A model generated the notes under the pieces. That model ran no database searches. It was given only the letters and a program-made list of their open reading frames with translations, and was not told the origin of the DNA. A DNA stretch of 64,000 bases from Eremomyces bilateralis CBS 781.70 (taxonomy: Eukaryota), in assembly GCA_010015585.1 (NCBI GenBank), contig ML975158.1; one strand, 5' to 3'. A program made the position numbers and the translations under genes. Shown in pieces: positions 34,776 to 48,106 of this stretch (its first letter is position 1; each line of letters begins with the position of its first letter).

Positions 34776-36640
34776 ATGCTATCAGAATCCGCCCCATTCG
34801 CTCCTACGTTGGCCGTTCTAACGGTCATTCTCTTCCTGTTGTACAAATATGTTGTGCATCCAGCGTTGTTCTCCCCGCTATCACGGATCCCCGGCGCTCA
34901 CTGGAGCACATCTCTCAGTCCCGTCTGGATACTATGGACGAGATATAAGAGTATGGAAATCCGCACATTACACCAGAAACATCACCAATTGGGACCGGTG
35001 ATCCGTCTGGGGCCAAATGATATTAGCGTGAACTGCGTCAAGGGCGGCATATCGACGGTTTATGCCGGAGGATTCGAGAAGCATGCGTGGTACTCGAACC
35101 TTTTTAACAACTATGGCGTGCCGAACATGTTTTCGACTTGCCAAGGGCGGCCGCATTCGGTCCGCAAGAGAATGATGTCGAACGTCTACTCGAAGTCATA
35201 CATGCATGGCTCCAAAGCAATGATCGAGATTACCACCGAATTAATCTACCGGCGGCTATTGGTGAGATTTGAGGAATATTCCAGCACCGGTAAAGATGTA
35301 GACATCTACAAAGTTTCCAGTGCCATTACCATGGATTTTGTGACCGCATTTTTGTTCGGGCTGGCATCGAGCTCGAACTTGACGATGGACGATGAGAGGA
35401 GAGACTGGTTTCTGGAACTGTATAACAGTCGACGGAAGTATAACTTCTGGCCTCACGAGCTTCCCAATCTTACAAAAATTGCGAAATGGGCTTGTGTACC
35501 GCTGGTTCCTAAGTGGGTGGATGGGGCCAACGCGACCATCGAATGTGAGTTTAACCAGTATTCCTAATGAACGAAGAACGGGAATGGGTGACAGTGTCTA
35601 GCATGGACTCTGGAAATGTGCGATGGGGCATCAAAAGCCGTCGGCCAGCAGCCTTCCTCCAAGATCGCCCCTAGCTCTCCCGATTTTCCCATCGTATATG
35701 CGCAACTTGATTCGGCTATCCGCGATGGAAGATCGAAACAAGATATGGACTCAGACCTAGCTCTATCTCCACTACAGCGTCTCACAATCGCCAGTGAGAT
35801 GCTCGACCAGCTCGCCGCCGTAAGCGTACTTCGAACATCGAGATCGACCAATAAAGTAACCCCTCTAGGGCTTCGATACGTCCGGAATAACGCTCACGTA
35901 CGCCATCCACGAACTCAGCCACCATCCTCATCTACAAAATCTCCTCCGCTCCTCCCTCACCACCCTCACCCCGCCCATCACCCCCCTCTCCACTCCTTCC
36001 CTCCCCTCCCCAAAAGCCCTCGACGCCCTCCCCCTCCTCCACGCCATCCTCTACGAGACCCTCCGCCTTCACGCCGCGATCCCCGGGGCGCAGCCGCGGA
36101 TTACCCCCGGAAAACCCTGCATTCTCGGCACCGCGGCGAATGGCGGGGAGTATTTCGATATCCCTGCGGGCGTACGCATCAGCGCACAGGCGTGGAGTCT
36201 TCATCGGAATGAAGAGGTGTTTCCGCAGGCTGAGGAGTGGCGGGTTGGGAGATGGTTGAAGTGGAGGGATGAGAGCGGACGAGCAGGGGAGGTGGTGGAC
36301 GTGGAGATGGTGGGGGTTGGGGAGTTGCGGTGGTTAGAGGTGCGGAATGATGTAGAGATGAATCGGTGGTTCTGGGCGTTCGGGAGTGGTGGGCGGATGT
36401 GCATTGGCAGTAACCTGGCCATGTATCGTGAGTATATCCCGGGTCGTTCGTGGGATTGGTATCCTGCTGCGAACTTGCTTCTCTGATGCTTATGCAGAGA
36501 TGAAGTCCATCATGGCGTGCTTGTATGGCAATTTTACGACGAGGATCGTTGATGACGAGGGCATTGAGCAGAGGGATGCGTACACGGCTCCTCCAAAGGG
36601 TGAGAAACTGATAATCCGGCTTGAGGCCTCAGCTATTTGA
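34776..36640 (+). CDS. Cytochrome P450 (562 aa)
   Basis: Exons 34776-35544, 35602-35819, 35869-36427, 36498-36640. N-terminal TM helix, I-helix AGFDTS, ETLR, heme motif FGSGGRMCIG. Confidence 0.92.
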
Positions 36641-36899
36641 ACACCTTTCAAAGAGATCATGGGGACAAGGCGATCGCTGCAGGCGTCATAATCACTGTTA
36701 TGAGCGCTAGCTGAGATGGCCGGTACATTTTCAAATACAGCCGGTTACAGGCGGTTTGAGCCTGTCGTACAATCATTTTAACTGCTTCTTCCCTACCCCT
36801 GGCTTTTACGCGTCCTTCAATCTTTACTTTTCGCCCTCTGCTTTTGGCTTCCGTGAGCAGCCATCACGAATTGTACTCGCTCTTCCAGGTCTTGTAAAT

Positions 36900-37389
36900 C
36901 CCGAGACAATATCACATAGTCAATCCCCTGCACGTCAAGCAATCTCCGAAAACTCGCATCGACATTCGCCTAGTCCTCGTTGTCTTTCGGCATCAATCGC
37001 GTCCCGTCGTCAACCAGCCAAGTGCCTCCAGTCTCGCAGAGAATCACAGTCCCGGATCTCATGTTGTCAGCCATTAGCGTCCATATTAGAGAGGCAAGCA
37101 GCTTTCGGGCTGACTCCGCTCCCACAAAAATCTCTACGGATGCAATCAGATCTATCCCGGACCGGTCAGGAATGAACCATTGCTTCCTCGAACCGCTTAA
37201 CGTCGCAGATTCGGCTTCGAATTAAGCTTCGAGGATCCTTTTGTTATGACACGTGCGAAAGCGGGTGTCATCATTGTTGGCGACCGGGCTACATTGACAA
37301 GGACCGGAAACATCGATGGTCATAGTAACAGTAAGGCTGTTTGGCGACGTCTACTTGACCGCTGCACTGAAATCGAATTGCCTAAATAA
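36900..37389 (+). pseudogene. Relic of the C-terminus of a UPF1/DNA2-like SF1 helicase (AAA_12)
   Basis: CFLEPLNVA, then 38 nt, then MTRAKAGVIIVGDRATL...VWRRLL..C* (37246-37389). Matches helicase motif VI GFL..RLNVALTRAK..IIVG. Confidence 0.65.
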
Positions 37390-37646
37390 TCTAGTCACGT
37401 CGTAGACACGATGAGCTTCTATAGAGGATTTCTACAAGTGTAAGGTTTGTCGCACGGAATGAAGTGCCAGCGACAGACTCATTGAGTAGAGTAAAATACA
37501 CAGTGCTACTCCGTAGACATCCAAGCAATCGGACCATCAATTACAGACTATCAAATGTTTTAGAATTTGATGGGTGAAGACTGAAGAGTGAAGAGTGAGG
37601 ATGGGGTGTGGTCTTCGTCTCCACTTGAGACAAGGGTTCGATCTAA

Positions 37647-37690
37647 CACGTGCCTTAGCACGTGACATTAAGTATAATATTCCACGTGAC
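37647..37690. promoter_or_regulatory. Cluster of three CACGTG E-boxes (two as GTCACGTG on the minus strand)
   Basis: CACGTG at 37647, 37659 and 37683, about 430 bp upstream of the Sas3 ATG. Confidence 0.5.
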
Positions 37691-38100
37691 ATATATTTAG
37701 CGCCTTGGCGACCCTGACATCGCGTTCGGCTCAATCTGATGTCCCCTGTCGCACCTGTATCGTGAATGTGGAGCTTCGTCGCGCTCACTCGGCTTCATTC
37801 TCGCCAGCGAGGGACCTGTTCAAGTGCTGATATCACCCAGAATCTTATATAGCGCGTATCCGGTGTCTATCATACACTGCCAGCCGGAATCTGTCACCCA
37901 CCCCTCCCCCAGCGCCTCCAATCGCCACACTACGACGAACCGCCGAATGGACTCATAACATTGCGCCAACACCCGAAACGGCACCCCCTTCCCATGTACT
38001 TCGAATATTACCCTCTGGTGGGTTGCTCAGTAGCGATACTGAGTCCGTCGTAGCTGTGGATTTCTTCACTTCCCGACTGAAGACGGCGGTGACCTACGCT

Positions 38101-41100
38101 ATGGCTTCAGAGCCTAGCAGGGAGATAATAGAGGGGGAGGACGTAGACGCGATTGGAAGTGATGCGGATGGGGAATATGATGAGGAAGACCATATGGAGG
38201 CTCGCGATGGCGCGCCACAGATGAATGGGGATAAGCATGATTTAGAAGACAGGATAGGCGACGATACGTCAGACGCAGATGCAGAAGGAGAGGAAGACGA
38301 CGACCAGGATATGAACGCACCCGTTGGCGCGGTGAAGGTGCCCAAGGATGACGAAACGGCCGACGAAAGCGCAGCGGAAGAGGCGATAGATGACCAATCG
38401 TCAGCCTCGAGCAGGCACAGTGGCAGTGATGAAAGCGAGACAAGTGACGAATCTGAAGAAGAGAATGAATGGGAAGAAGAAAGCGAAGGAGCTGATGATG
38501 CTGTGGAGGAAATCCGTGACTCGAATCTTTGCATGTGAGTTGGGTCGGGAGCATTCGAGGCGGGACGCATGCTAACAGAGAACAGTTTCTGCCGCCAGGA
38601 CGAAGAACATGACCCAAGCGAGGAGTTCGAAGAGTATCTCTCCTGTGTTGTTTGTGGAAATAACTCCCACCGCCAATGTGCACGGAACGAAAACGCACTG
38701 GTATCAAACGACGACGCAGACAAGTGGCGCTGCCTTACATGTGTTGAGAACGGCTTGGAAGCAGACAATGACGCAATGGAAAACTCGTCGACAAGGCGTG
38801 CATCCGCACCTCAAATTACTCGGGATCTACTGCCGGCATTGCGGGGAAGCATGAATCCCGATAGCCACTCGATGTTCAACTCGTTGATCCTCGATGATGA
38901 CCCCATGGATGGCTCACGTTCCTTGCGAAAGAGGAAATCATCAGACGTAGAACCGTCTTCGAGGCCGCTGCGGAAGCGCCTGAGACCTTCTGATGATGAA
39001 GCATCGCAGAACGGGGATGCTAGCACTGGAGCTGGCTCTGCTCTGAGTTCGAGACCGAGGCGGACTAGAAAAGTCGCCGCGCCTTTGGCAAAAATCGTCC
39101 ATGAAGGTCCGGCAAGCATCATCGTTGCTCTATCATTAGACCCGGCCCGCATGCACAAAATACTAAGTAGTCGGCCGAGGAAACGAAGAACCTACAATCG
39201 CCCTCGGCGGCAGCGTAGCCCTCCATTTCCCGAAATCGAAGAATCGCATTACCCGTCAATTCCACTCACGTTGGGTCCGCAACTCTTCAGCCTCCACGAT
39301 CGAGACATGGATGATTCCAAGTCGAAACCTTACGGCGGGATCTTGAACGAGGCTGAAGCAGACACCTCGAAGACGTTCCCTTATACCGCTGACAGGAAGA
39401 AATTCGAGGACGCAAGACTAAAAGCAGAAGAGGACTGGAAACGGAAAATGACAGCACTTTATGCTGGCCAGGAGTTTCAGCGCCCCTATCACAAGCCTTC
39501 AGCGACAGCCAGTAAGGTCAAGAGCATCAACTTTGGTGGCTATGACATTGACACATGGCATGCCGCTCCGTACCCGGAGGAGTATAGCAAGAACAAGATT
39601 CTCTACATCTGTGAGTTCTGCTTGAAGTATATGAGCTCGGACTATGTTGCTTGGAGACACAAGGTAAGCCTGAATCAAGCGTAATCGAAGCTCATATTTG
39701 GCTAACATTCATAGCTCAAATGTCCTGCTAAACATCCTCCGGGTGACGAGATCTACCGCGATGGGAGGTACTCCTTCTTTGAAGTCGACGGGCGAAAGAA
39801 TCCGGTATACTGCCAGAATCTCTGCCTACTGGCGAAACTATTCCTTGGGTCCAAAACTCTCTACTACGATGTCGAGCCATTCCTGTTCTACATCATGACG
39901 GAAAACGACGAGTATGGCTGCCATTTTGTGGGCTATTTCTCCAAGGAGAAACGACCTAGTAGCTTGAACAATGTTTCTTGCATCCTGGTTCTCCCAATTT
40001 TTCAAAGAAAGGGCTTTGGGCATATGCTCATTGATTTCTCCTACCTTCTCACACGCGTCGAGGAAAAAACAGGTTCACCCGAGAAACCGCTTTCGGACAT
40101 GGGCCTCGTTTCTTATCGGAACTACTGGCGACTCATTCTTTGCCAGCATTTGATGGACCAAAAGGCCCCACTCAGCATCACTGACATTGCGGAACGAACG
40201 GGCATGACCGCCGACGACATCATCTCCGCGCTGGAAGGCTTACGAGCTCTTGTCCGCGACCCCGTCACCAAAACCTACGCGCTCCGCATCGACTATAAAT
40301 ATTTCCAAGAGTACATCAATAAGCACGAAGCGAAGAAATGGCCGAAACTCAACCCCGACGCCCTCGTTTGGGTTCCCTACGTCATGGGCCGCAGCAACCT
40401 CGCCCACTACGAAGACGCGCCCCAGATGCACACCGTCGCCCAGCGCGAGGAAGAGCACGAACCCGCCGAATTCCCTGAAGAAGGCGTGCAGCAGCAGCTC
40501 GCGCGAAGCACCGAGCCGTCACACGAACGAGACACTAACGGCATCCAGGACAGCCCCATGGATCTCACCCCCTACGATGACGCCGACCGCTCCCTCGCGC
40601 GCACCCCTTCCAACGGCTTCGACCACCCCAACGGCTACAGCTCCATGTCTCCCTCCCGCTCCCAGCCGGGGACCCCGCTCCCTAACGGCATCCACACCGA
40701 GGGCAGTGCCTCCTTCGCGATTCCGCCGTCGCGCTTCGAGATCTTCCCGCCAGTTCCGGGAACCACAACGCGGCGGCGGCCGGGGCGACCGTTCGGGTCG
40801 CGGAGGAGGACGGGCACACCGGTGAGGAGGAATAGTGGGAAGGTGATGGGGGTGGGGTCGGGAGGGGTGTTTGAGACGCCGGTGATGGGCGGGGCGTTGA
40901 GGCGGACGAGGAGTAAGTTGGGGGAGGTGGTGAATGGGGCGGGCGAGGAGGAGGGAGGGGAGGGGAAGGGGAGGCATGCGCAGGTGAACGGAGATGGCGA
41001 CGGTGATGGGGAACAAAGTGGTGCGCGTGCGAAGGAGGTGAACGAGCGGAACAGTGATGGGGAGGCGGATGCGGAGGGGGAGGACGTCACGATGGAGGAC

Positions 41101-41130
41101 GCTGGGCAGGGTGTGGAGGAACATGACTAA
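38101..41130 (+). CDS. SAS3: MYST histone acetyltransferase Sas3/Mst2 with PHD finger (975 aa)
   Basis: Exons 38101-38534, 38586-39663, 39715-41130. Motifs IDTWHAAPYPEEY, CEFCLKY, HPPGDEIYR, GYFSKEK, FQRKGFG, GSPEKPLSDMG. Confidence 0.92.
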
Positions 41131-44100
41131 TGCATCGGATACAGAATTAGGATTGCCTTAGGACTCCATGCCATTGAATACCACATCATTTACTGGGCAT
41201 CGGACGCTCCCTTACCCCTTTCAAGTTCCGTTTGAAAAGTCCGTAATGTCCGCCATCGTCTCCCTGCCAGGTTCCGCTCGTTTCGGGCACCCCAGCCGCG
41301 CCTTTTCGAACGACCTCACGAACAACCAGACCGCTCCCAACAACAAACCCGCCCGATGGAGATGCTGTCAGGCGATATCCTGCGGCTTTTCGAACCGCGT
41401 TCGCTGCAGCTAGCCATTTGCGGACGGGGATGAAACCCAGGTGGACGCGGTTGGGTAACGTCGCACGAAAAGGCTTCATGAGGTTCGAGCGACGGGATGG
41501 TGCAGGACAATGGTTTTCTTTCTGTCCGAGTGTCCACTGTCCAACACGGGTTTCCGGGCGGTTGGGGAGGTTCGCATGGGCGCTGGAAGCTCTCTACGTT
41601 GCGGACGCCGCGCTGCGTTGAAGGGCATTTCCAGCTTGGAGGACGGGTTGTGCCACGGAGGGTGGTCGACGGTCTGGATGGGTTGCGATTAAGCGAGGTA
41701 CACTGCTTTCCGTACCCTGCCCAAGTTGGTGCATCACACATGACCAGCTAGGGCATCAGCTTTTGCTGTAATATCGATTATTTCTGTTCCTCCTTGCATG
41801 CTTTACGTGAAATGGGACCTTCATGCCGTTCTTCTGACCGAAAGACAGATCGACGAGCACAAGCGAGGTGGAATGAGGTTCGCCACACCGGGTATCCCAA
41901 TGTCACGGAAACGATCCAATGTTCGTGTATCAATAGATTGATCAGATATATGGTCGTCTCACTCTACATCTGACCGTTCTAGGTAGAAGTACACGTGCTC
42001 ATTGATAAAGCAAGGAGAGGTCCAGACCGGGACATGCGACACTCACTCAACGACAGACCAAAAGGGTGGAACCGGAGCCGAGCGTCGCCTAACCGTCGCG
42101 ATCTATAGAATCCGATTGCTAAGATGATGTATCGGAGAATTCCATTGGACGTGGTTGCGTGTTTCGGGATCTCCTATATTGCCAGGAATGAATTCCTCGA
42201 GGTGGTTCCTGGAAACGATTAATATACATGTATGCAGCGAAGCCAAGGGCAAGGGCTAGGGCCGCTGTGGACGACGTTAGCCGCCTGGATGGTAAAGAAG
42301 GACGCAAGGATGACCAGATGAGTGAGGATGGAGGCATATTTTGAGTCGATATTGAAACGATATTGAAGGACAAGCTTGGCATTATAGTCAGGGGTCACAA
42401 TAGGAGGTCGATCCCATCACGGAGTATTCAGCTGCCCATCGCTGGAATGACATTTAGATGAAGGCAAAATGGCGACACTGGATCATCACGGAGTTGGCGA
42501 ATCATGGGATTGGCGGATAGAGTGTTGATGATTCGGAGCAGGTCAGCCTGACCTTCGCCCAATCTCCATAGACGACCACGTATCTCAGCAATTGACTTTG
42601 CCGCAAGTCATATTGACATGAAGTGACCGCAATGATGAGGTGTATTGACCTTCATGATATGGAGATGAGATGAATGCGGCGAGACATCCGAAGACGATGG
42701 GGACAATCGCCATTTGGACCAGGATATTCCAATCTCTCGTGACCGGTGGTTGATCCTTCGGACCTTCGCCTCAACTCACTGCCAGCTGCAAGAGCGCATT
42801 TTGCAGCTGGACCGACCGACGAGATTACTTGATGGACTTGGACTTATTTCTCTGAAATATGAAATCCTAGTGCTCTCCACATGTCGTCATGACGGTGAAC
42901 AATGCCCTCTCACCCTCAGGGGGCCATCTTACCGATTCCGGGCTCAAATGAGCCGACTTGCCCCAGGTTGGAGTGGCACGACGATCGCAAGCACAACAAG
43001 GCGAGACGAGATCTGAAGGAAGGAGTGGATCCCCTGATCTGGGACATTGACATGAGAAGAATCCGATAGATGAATCGATCAAACCCAAACGCATCTGGAA
43101 GAAGCGGATGTTTTCGCCCATCAGCGTCCAAGTCGTCCAATTCGTTTGGAGTCCTAGGAAGCACAGGGGCCGTCGAAACTGTTTCATAAACGAGCGATCT
43201 GTTACCATTGGCCCGGATCAGATCAAGTATCCGCTTGCTATAGGGCTAATTGCTGGTCAAGACGGTCTTATTGCAATATTTGCCCATCTCGTATTGCATG
43301 TGAAATTTTTAGTAGACGAAGATTGATCTCGAATTAACGCCGCCAGCAGAACCAGCGACATCCAACACGCGCACAGCACAACAAACCTGAATGCTCTCTA
43401 GCTAGGGTTTCTCATCGGGTTCGGAATCTCTTTCGATGCACAACCACCGCGTTTACCAATCCCGATGCGTTTAGGCGCAGACACTTCCGGGCCCTGTGCA
43501 ATGGTTGACCACGGTGACTCCCAACGAAATCCGCTTTCCATTCTCGCCGCCGTCGCCCTTCCAGTTTCCACGGTCCTATTACGAGACTTCCATGGCGTGG
43601 ACCTGATTCGCGTCTGTGGTAAATGTGAGCAATCAGTTCTGCAAGTGAGGCAGGGGACTGCCGCCTCTTACGGGAGCGGTTACGATTGGCTGGGTCCCGC
43701 CGTGATATATATGCTGTATGCGGTAGATTGACCAGTTGCAGCAGAATGATAGCAGTGGGTTTGACGGTAGCTGGACTGCCCCAAGCTCTCCATTTGGTCT
43801 CGATGCCTTTCCCTGCAGATGATTCCGCCCTGCAGGGCGTCTATTACGACTCCACTACGCATCCTGCTGCCCATGCCTTGCTGCATGACCCTGAGATTGC
43901 CGTTGAAGACCCATGTGCAACTTCGACGGTCCATCATGGCTCCGCTGATGCTGTCTGGCTGTGCCGCACTAGGAGATGCCTGTCTTAATGCCCGTCGGAG
44001 CCGCTGTCATGACTGGGGCATTGACTTGGGACCATTCTGAACATGAACTTCTGAGGCTTCGTCACGGTTTGATATCTCCTCGTCTTCCATTTTCCTGCCT

Positions 44101-46293
44101 TTCTGTTGGATTGAATTGGACCTTTCCGGTCTGCTCGGTCCGTCTCCATCGGCGGCAGATTTAAGACGGTTTATGTGGGGCAATCCGCCGAGAGAGCTTC
44201 GTCCTGTTCGTCCGTTTGCAAGTACGTTGTAGGGCCGAGTCGCAGGAAACCAGTCGTTGTGAACCGGTTGGCGAACGTCTTTAAGAATATTCTGGCGAAG
44301 CGTGGCGCATCGTGCCTATACTCCCTGACCGAATGAGGCCGTCGACGCATCTGATACTGGACGGATAAGACCATTGTCTCGACCATCACACCTTGGCCCT
44401 CGCCTTGCGAAACCATCAGTCAAGAGAAGGAGGAAACCGGAGATTAGTCCATCCACACGTTGTTGTCACTGCGAGATTGCAAGAAGTCCAGCCGAATCTC
44501 AGAAGTCAGGTATGCGAGCAGATTTCCGGAGTTTGGAACCGAAAACTTCTAGCCCGATCCCCCCTCGCCGGCCCGAAACTCTATCGCCGAGACTCCAGCG
44601 TGAAGATTGCCCATTCGCCAGACCGAGAGCGCCTATCAAGCCCATTGCTAGGCCCTCCGGGGTTGCTGCTGGGGAGGAGCGGCAGCTACGGCGCGAGCGG
44701 AGAGGCGCATCGTCTAACGGGCATCTAAACTGTGGAGTCGGTTTGACTTTCAAGAGCACTGGGGAGCACCGCCAGTACTTGCTCAGGAACAGGAAGTGGA
44801 AATTTCCGATATCGAGAGCCTCCACCACCTCCGCATACAGTATATAACGATATCTACAACCTAAGACCTAAGGCCCTGACATCTTAAGTGAGCGCCCGAG
44901 AGCACACCAGAGGACTTGAGAGCACATGACATCGGTTGTCGTCGCAATTGCGCTCCTTCCAACTCTGGGCTGTACGATCGCACCTGCCTCCTGCAAGGCT
45001 GAAACCCGTGGCTCACGACTTCACGACTTCACGATTTTCCTCCAACGACAACAAGGACCACCGATCATCATCGACGGGGTCTCCCTTGGACTTTCTTTCG
45101 TTCGGCCGGGGCATCTTCATTCAGGATCGAGTAGTCCGGATTGACTAGTCCTAGCGTCCCGATTACGAATCCATTCATTTCCTCAAGGGCTCAAGATACA
45201 TTCCTTTGGTTGAAACCAACTGTTCTCACTAGCAGACACTTTACTGCCTGCGTCGATTCCGTCACGGAGGCAGCCAGTCTATTCCTCTTTCTACTGTCCA
45301 CGGGAAGGCTCGAAGAGTTCCCTTTGTCACAAGATCCTTCTCGATTGGGAACAAGAAAGAGCTCATATTGACGTCGAGAAAGGGCGTCTGGACCCGGAAT
45401 TTGCCCTTTCTCTGTCACACGCTTGACTGCTTTGAGCATATCTGGAGTTGAACGGAATACCTTTTACCATAGTACTTCGTGGGCTGACCTGGCCGGTGAA
45501 AACACGTTATTGGTTGGCGTCACTCGGATACTGGAACGAGTTCCCCATCGGGCCCAACAACTGCGGGTGCTGGTGCGGATATTGGTCGTCGCGGGGCTCT
45601 AAAACCGCCTTCCCGAGCGTCTACCAAAGTAAATCCTAGCTACACCTTTAGCTACACTGTGACGCGTTCAGCTTGTGATCTTCGCGTCAGTTTTTGATCT
45701 GGGTTCATTAGAGGTAACACGACCGTTCTCAAGAAAGGCTCCTGGAGGATTTCGAGTGGTTCACGAGAGGATCGCATACAGCTCCGCCACGCCCCTTTTC
45801 TAGTTGAATTATCCCGCAGCCCCCCTACGGCATCTTCATTGTGTGGCGATCAGTCCTGAGAGTGGGGTGTACCAGCAACTCCACCCGATATAAACTTCAA
45901 GATACCTTCAACGGCACTTTCCGGTCGTTGTGGGAAGTCGTTTCCAAATTGTCCCTACCCACCGGATCCGGTCGTGGATTCTCAGCTCGATGAAGTGCTG
46001 CAATCGAAATTGTGGTACTCAGCCGCCCTCTTCCCCAAACTTGGTACAGCTCAGTCACATTTGGGTCTCGAATGTCCCGTTCTCCCAGCACCTGCAACAG
46101 TCATCTCCATCACTGGCACCCGCCCTTATAAGCCCTCAAGGCCTCGGGAGCTGTGTCGCATCCATATCGTCACCCATAATCAACATCCGGCTATCTTATT
46201 CTTCCATCAGTCGATCAGTTATTCCTTCCGCGGCAGCTTTCTCTAAGCAGAGACCACTTCGTCCCTTCAGGTGCCCCTACGGGTCTTTCCAAG

Positions 46294-47643
46294 ATGAATC
46301 AAATGAACCCTGGGATGTACCAGCAGCAGCCATATCCTGTGTACGGAATCGTACAGCCGAGTCCAGCGTATAGACCGCTGGAAAGGTGCGCTAGAAATCC
46401 GTCGCGGGCGCCATTATTGCAAAACAGCAACTCATCAACTAACCGGGACACTTACAGTCGAGATGTGCGGTTGCTCGTTCGGCAGCAGCCGAAAGAAGCT
46501 CTGGTAGCCGTCGAAGGGAAGGAGAAGGGTACTTCGTCCTCTCGCCGAACGCTCCGAAGCATCGCTAACCGCAGGCCAGGGCGCAAACCCGTCGATCCCC
46601 CTCCCTTCGTGCAGCTTGTCGTGCATCAGCAAGCCGATCCTTCTTCGTGAGTAGAGAATCTACACTGAGCGACGTAGCATTAGCTGACTGCTCCAGGGTG
46701 TACCTCTCCAACCCGTATCTGTTTTGCGTGGCATCACTGTATGACAAGACAGGACGAGTCCCGGCGAACAGTGGCAAAGCACTTACAGGAACTCTGGTTT
46801 CATCATTACACCGGGTGAAAGATACCGATAACAATGGTAAGCACCCCGTTACCGTTCAAGAACCCAGACTGACCCTCCAAGATGGTGGCTTCTTCGTCTT
46901 CGGTGACGTTTCAGTGAAGCTCCCAGGAGAACACGTCTTATGCTTTACGCTCTACGATTATCGAAAGTGAGCAATCACGCATTGCGTCCAAGACACCATT
47001 CTAATACTTCCTAGGGAGGAAGGCGCTGCCTTCAAATTATGCCAGGGCTTCTCAGAGCCCTTCAAAGGTAGGATCGGTGGAGTTATTCTCAATGGTCCAA
47101 ACTAATTCAAGGACAGTCGTAACCCAGAAGGAGTTCCGCGGACTGGATGAGTCGACATATCTGTCCCGAGCCTTCTCTGATCAGGGGATTCGACTCCGGC
47201 TCCGCAAAGAACCTCGCGCCTTCGGGTCAGTCTCCTCAGTGCATCCTGCACGCTCCAGAACGCTAACCACCTCTAGCAGGCCAACCAAGCGCGGTTTCAA
47301 GGACACAGTAGAGGCGCCAGAGCAGGGCGAAGCCGAGCACTCGTTTGTGACCGACTTCAATGCGGACCCTCTGGACCCGGAGCGAACGCCCAAACGCGCG
47401 CGAACCATGGGCTCCGATCAGTACGACTTCGCGGGCGGGATGCCACGCGACTGGGCGCTGCCCGACCCTAGGGATAGCCAGGGACAGGTCTTCAACTCGA
47501 TGACATCGCTTGCGGAGCCGTTCCCCAGACAGGAGCCGTACGCACGACCGGAGTTCGCAAGACAGGGACAGGGATATCCGGATATCAGTGGGGTCGGGGG
47601 CCTAGACTTGTATCAGTCTGATGTATTCTATCCTGGCCAATGA
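46294..47643 (+). CDS. Velvet-domain protein, VosA-like (~326 aa, 8 exons)
   Basis: Exons 46294-46385, 46458-46528, 46580-46646, 46697-46836, 46882-46966, 47015-47067, 47117-47225, 47280-47643 (981 nt). Motifs LLVRQQP, RKPVDPPP, LTGTLVSSLHRVKD..DGGFFVFGDVSVK, ESTYLSRAFSDQGIRLRLRKE. The start codon is uncertain. Confidence 0.88.
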
Positions 47644-48106
47644 ATCAAATGAAATGAAATTTTAATACATTAAACGATGGATTTCCTCAACCATGTGTAA
47701 TTACTCATCATGTTTTCAGTAAGCTGACAGTCTCTCGCCGTCGTCACCCTTCTGGGTCCATACCTGGAGCATAGAGTTACAGTAATCGCGCTTATCTCAA
47801 GATCCACCTTGCAGATCTCCCACGCTGTTCTTTTGGTCCGCCCCATTGCGTTGTGTGACACAACTTGTGTCCATGTCAATTATCAGTTTACTGAAAAAAT
47901 GATGTCAGAGCCTGAGGCAGAAATGGCCGCTTAAGCCCACACACGTCGTCACAATAACTCAGTGAGTTCCAGACTCCAATGGTACATGACTAGTCTAGCA
48001 GTCTAAAGAAAACGAGCGATCCTTTCTGAAACCAATTTTTATAATACTATGAACTTTCGAGTTTATATTTACAGATTTCCTTTTTTGAAATTGATAACTT
48101 ACACTC

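Noticed and set aside
23307..36640. Secondary-metabolite cluster (MFS, SDR, P450)
   Set aside because: No backbone synthase, and the P450 is separated by housekeeping ROK1 and ATP20.
37630..37650. GGTTCGA T-loop-like motifs (also about 32142)
   Set aside because: No cloverleaf stems around them; no tRNA called.
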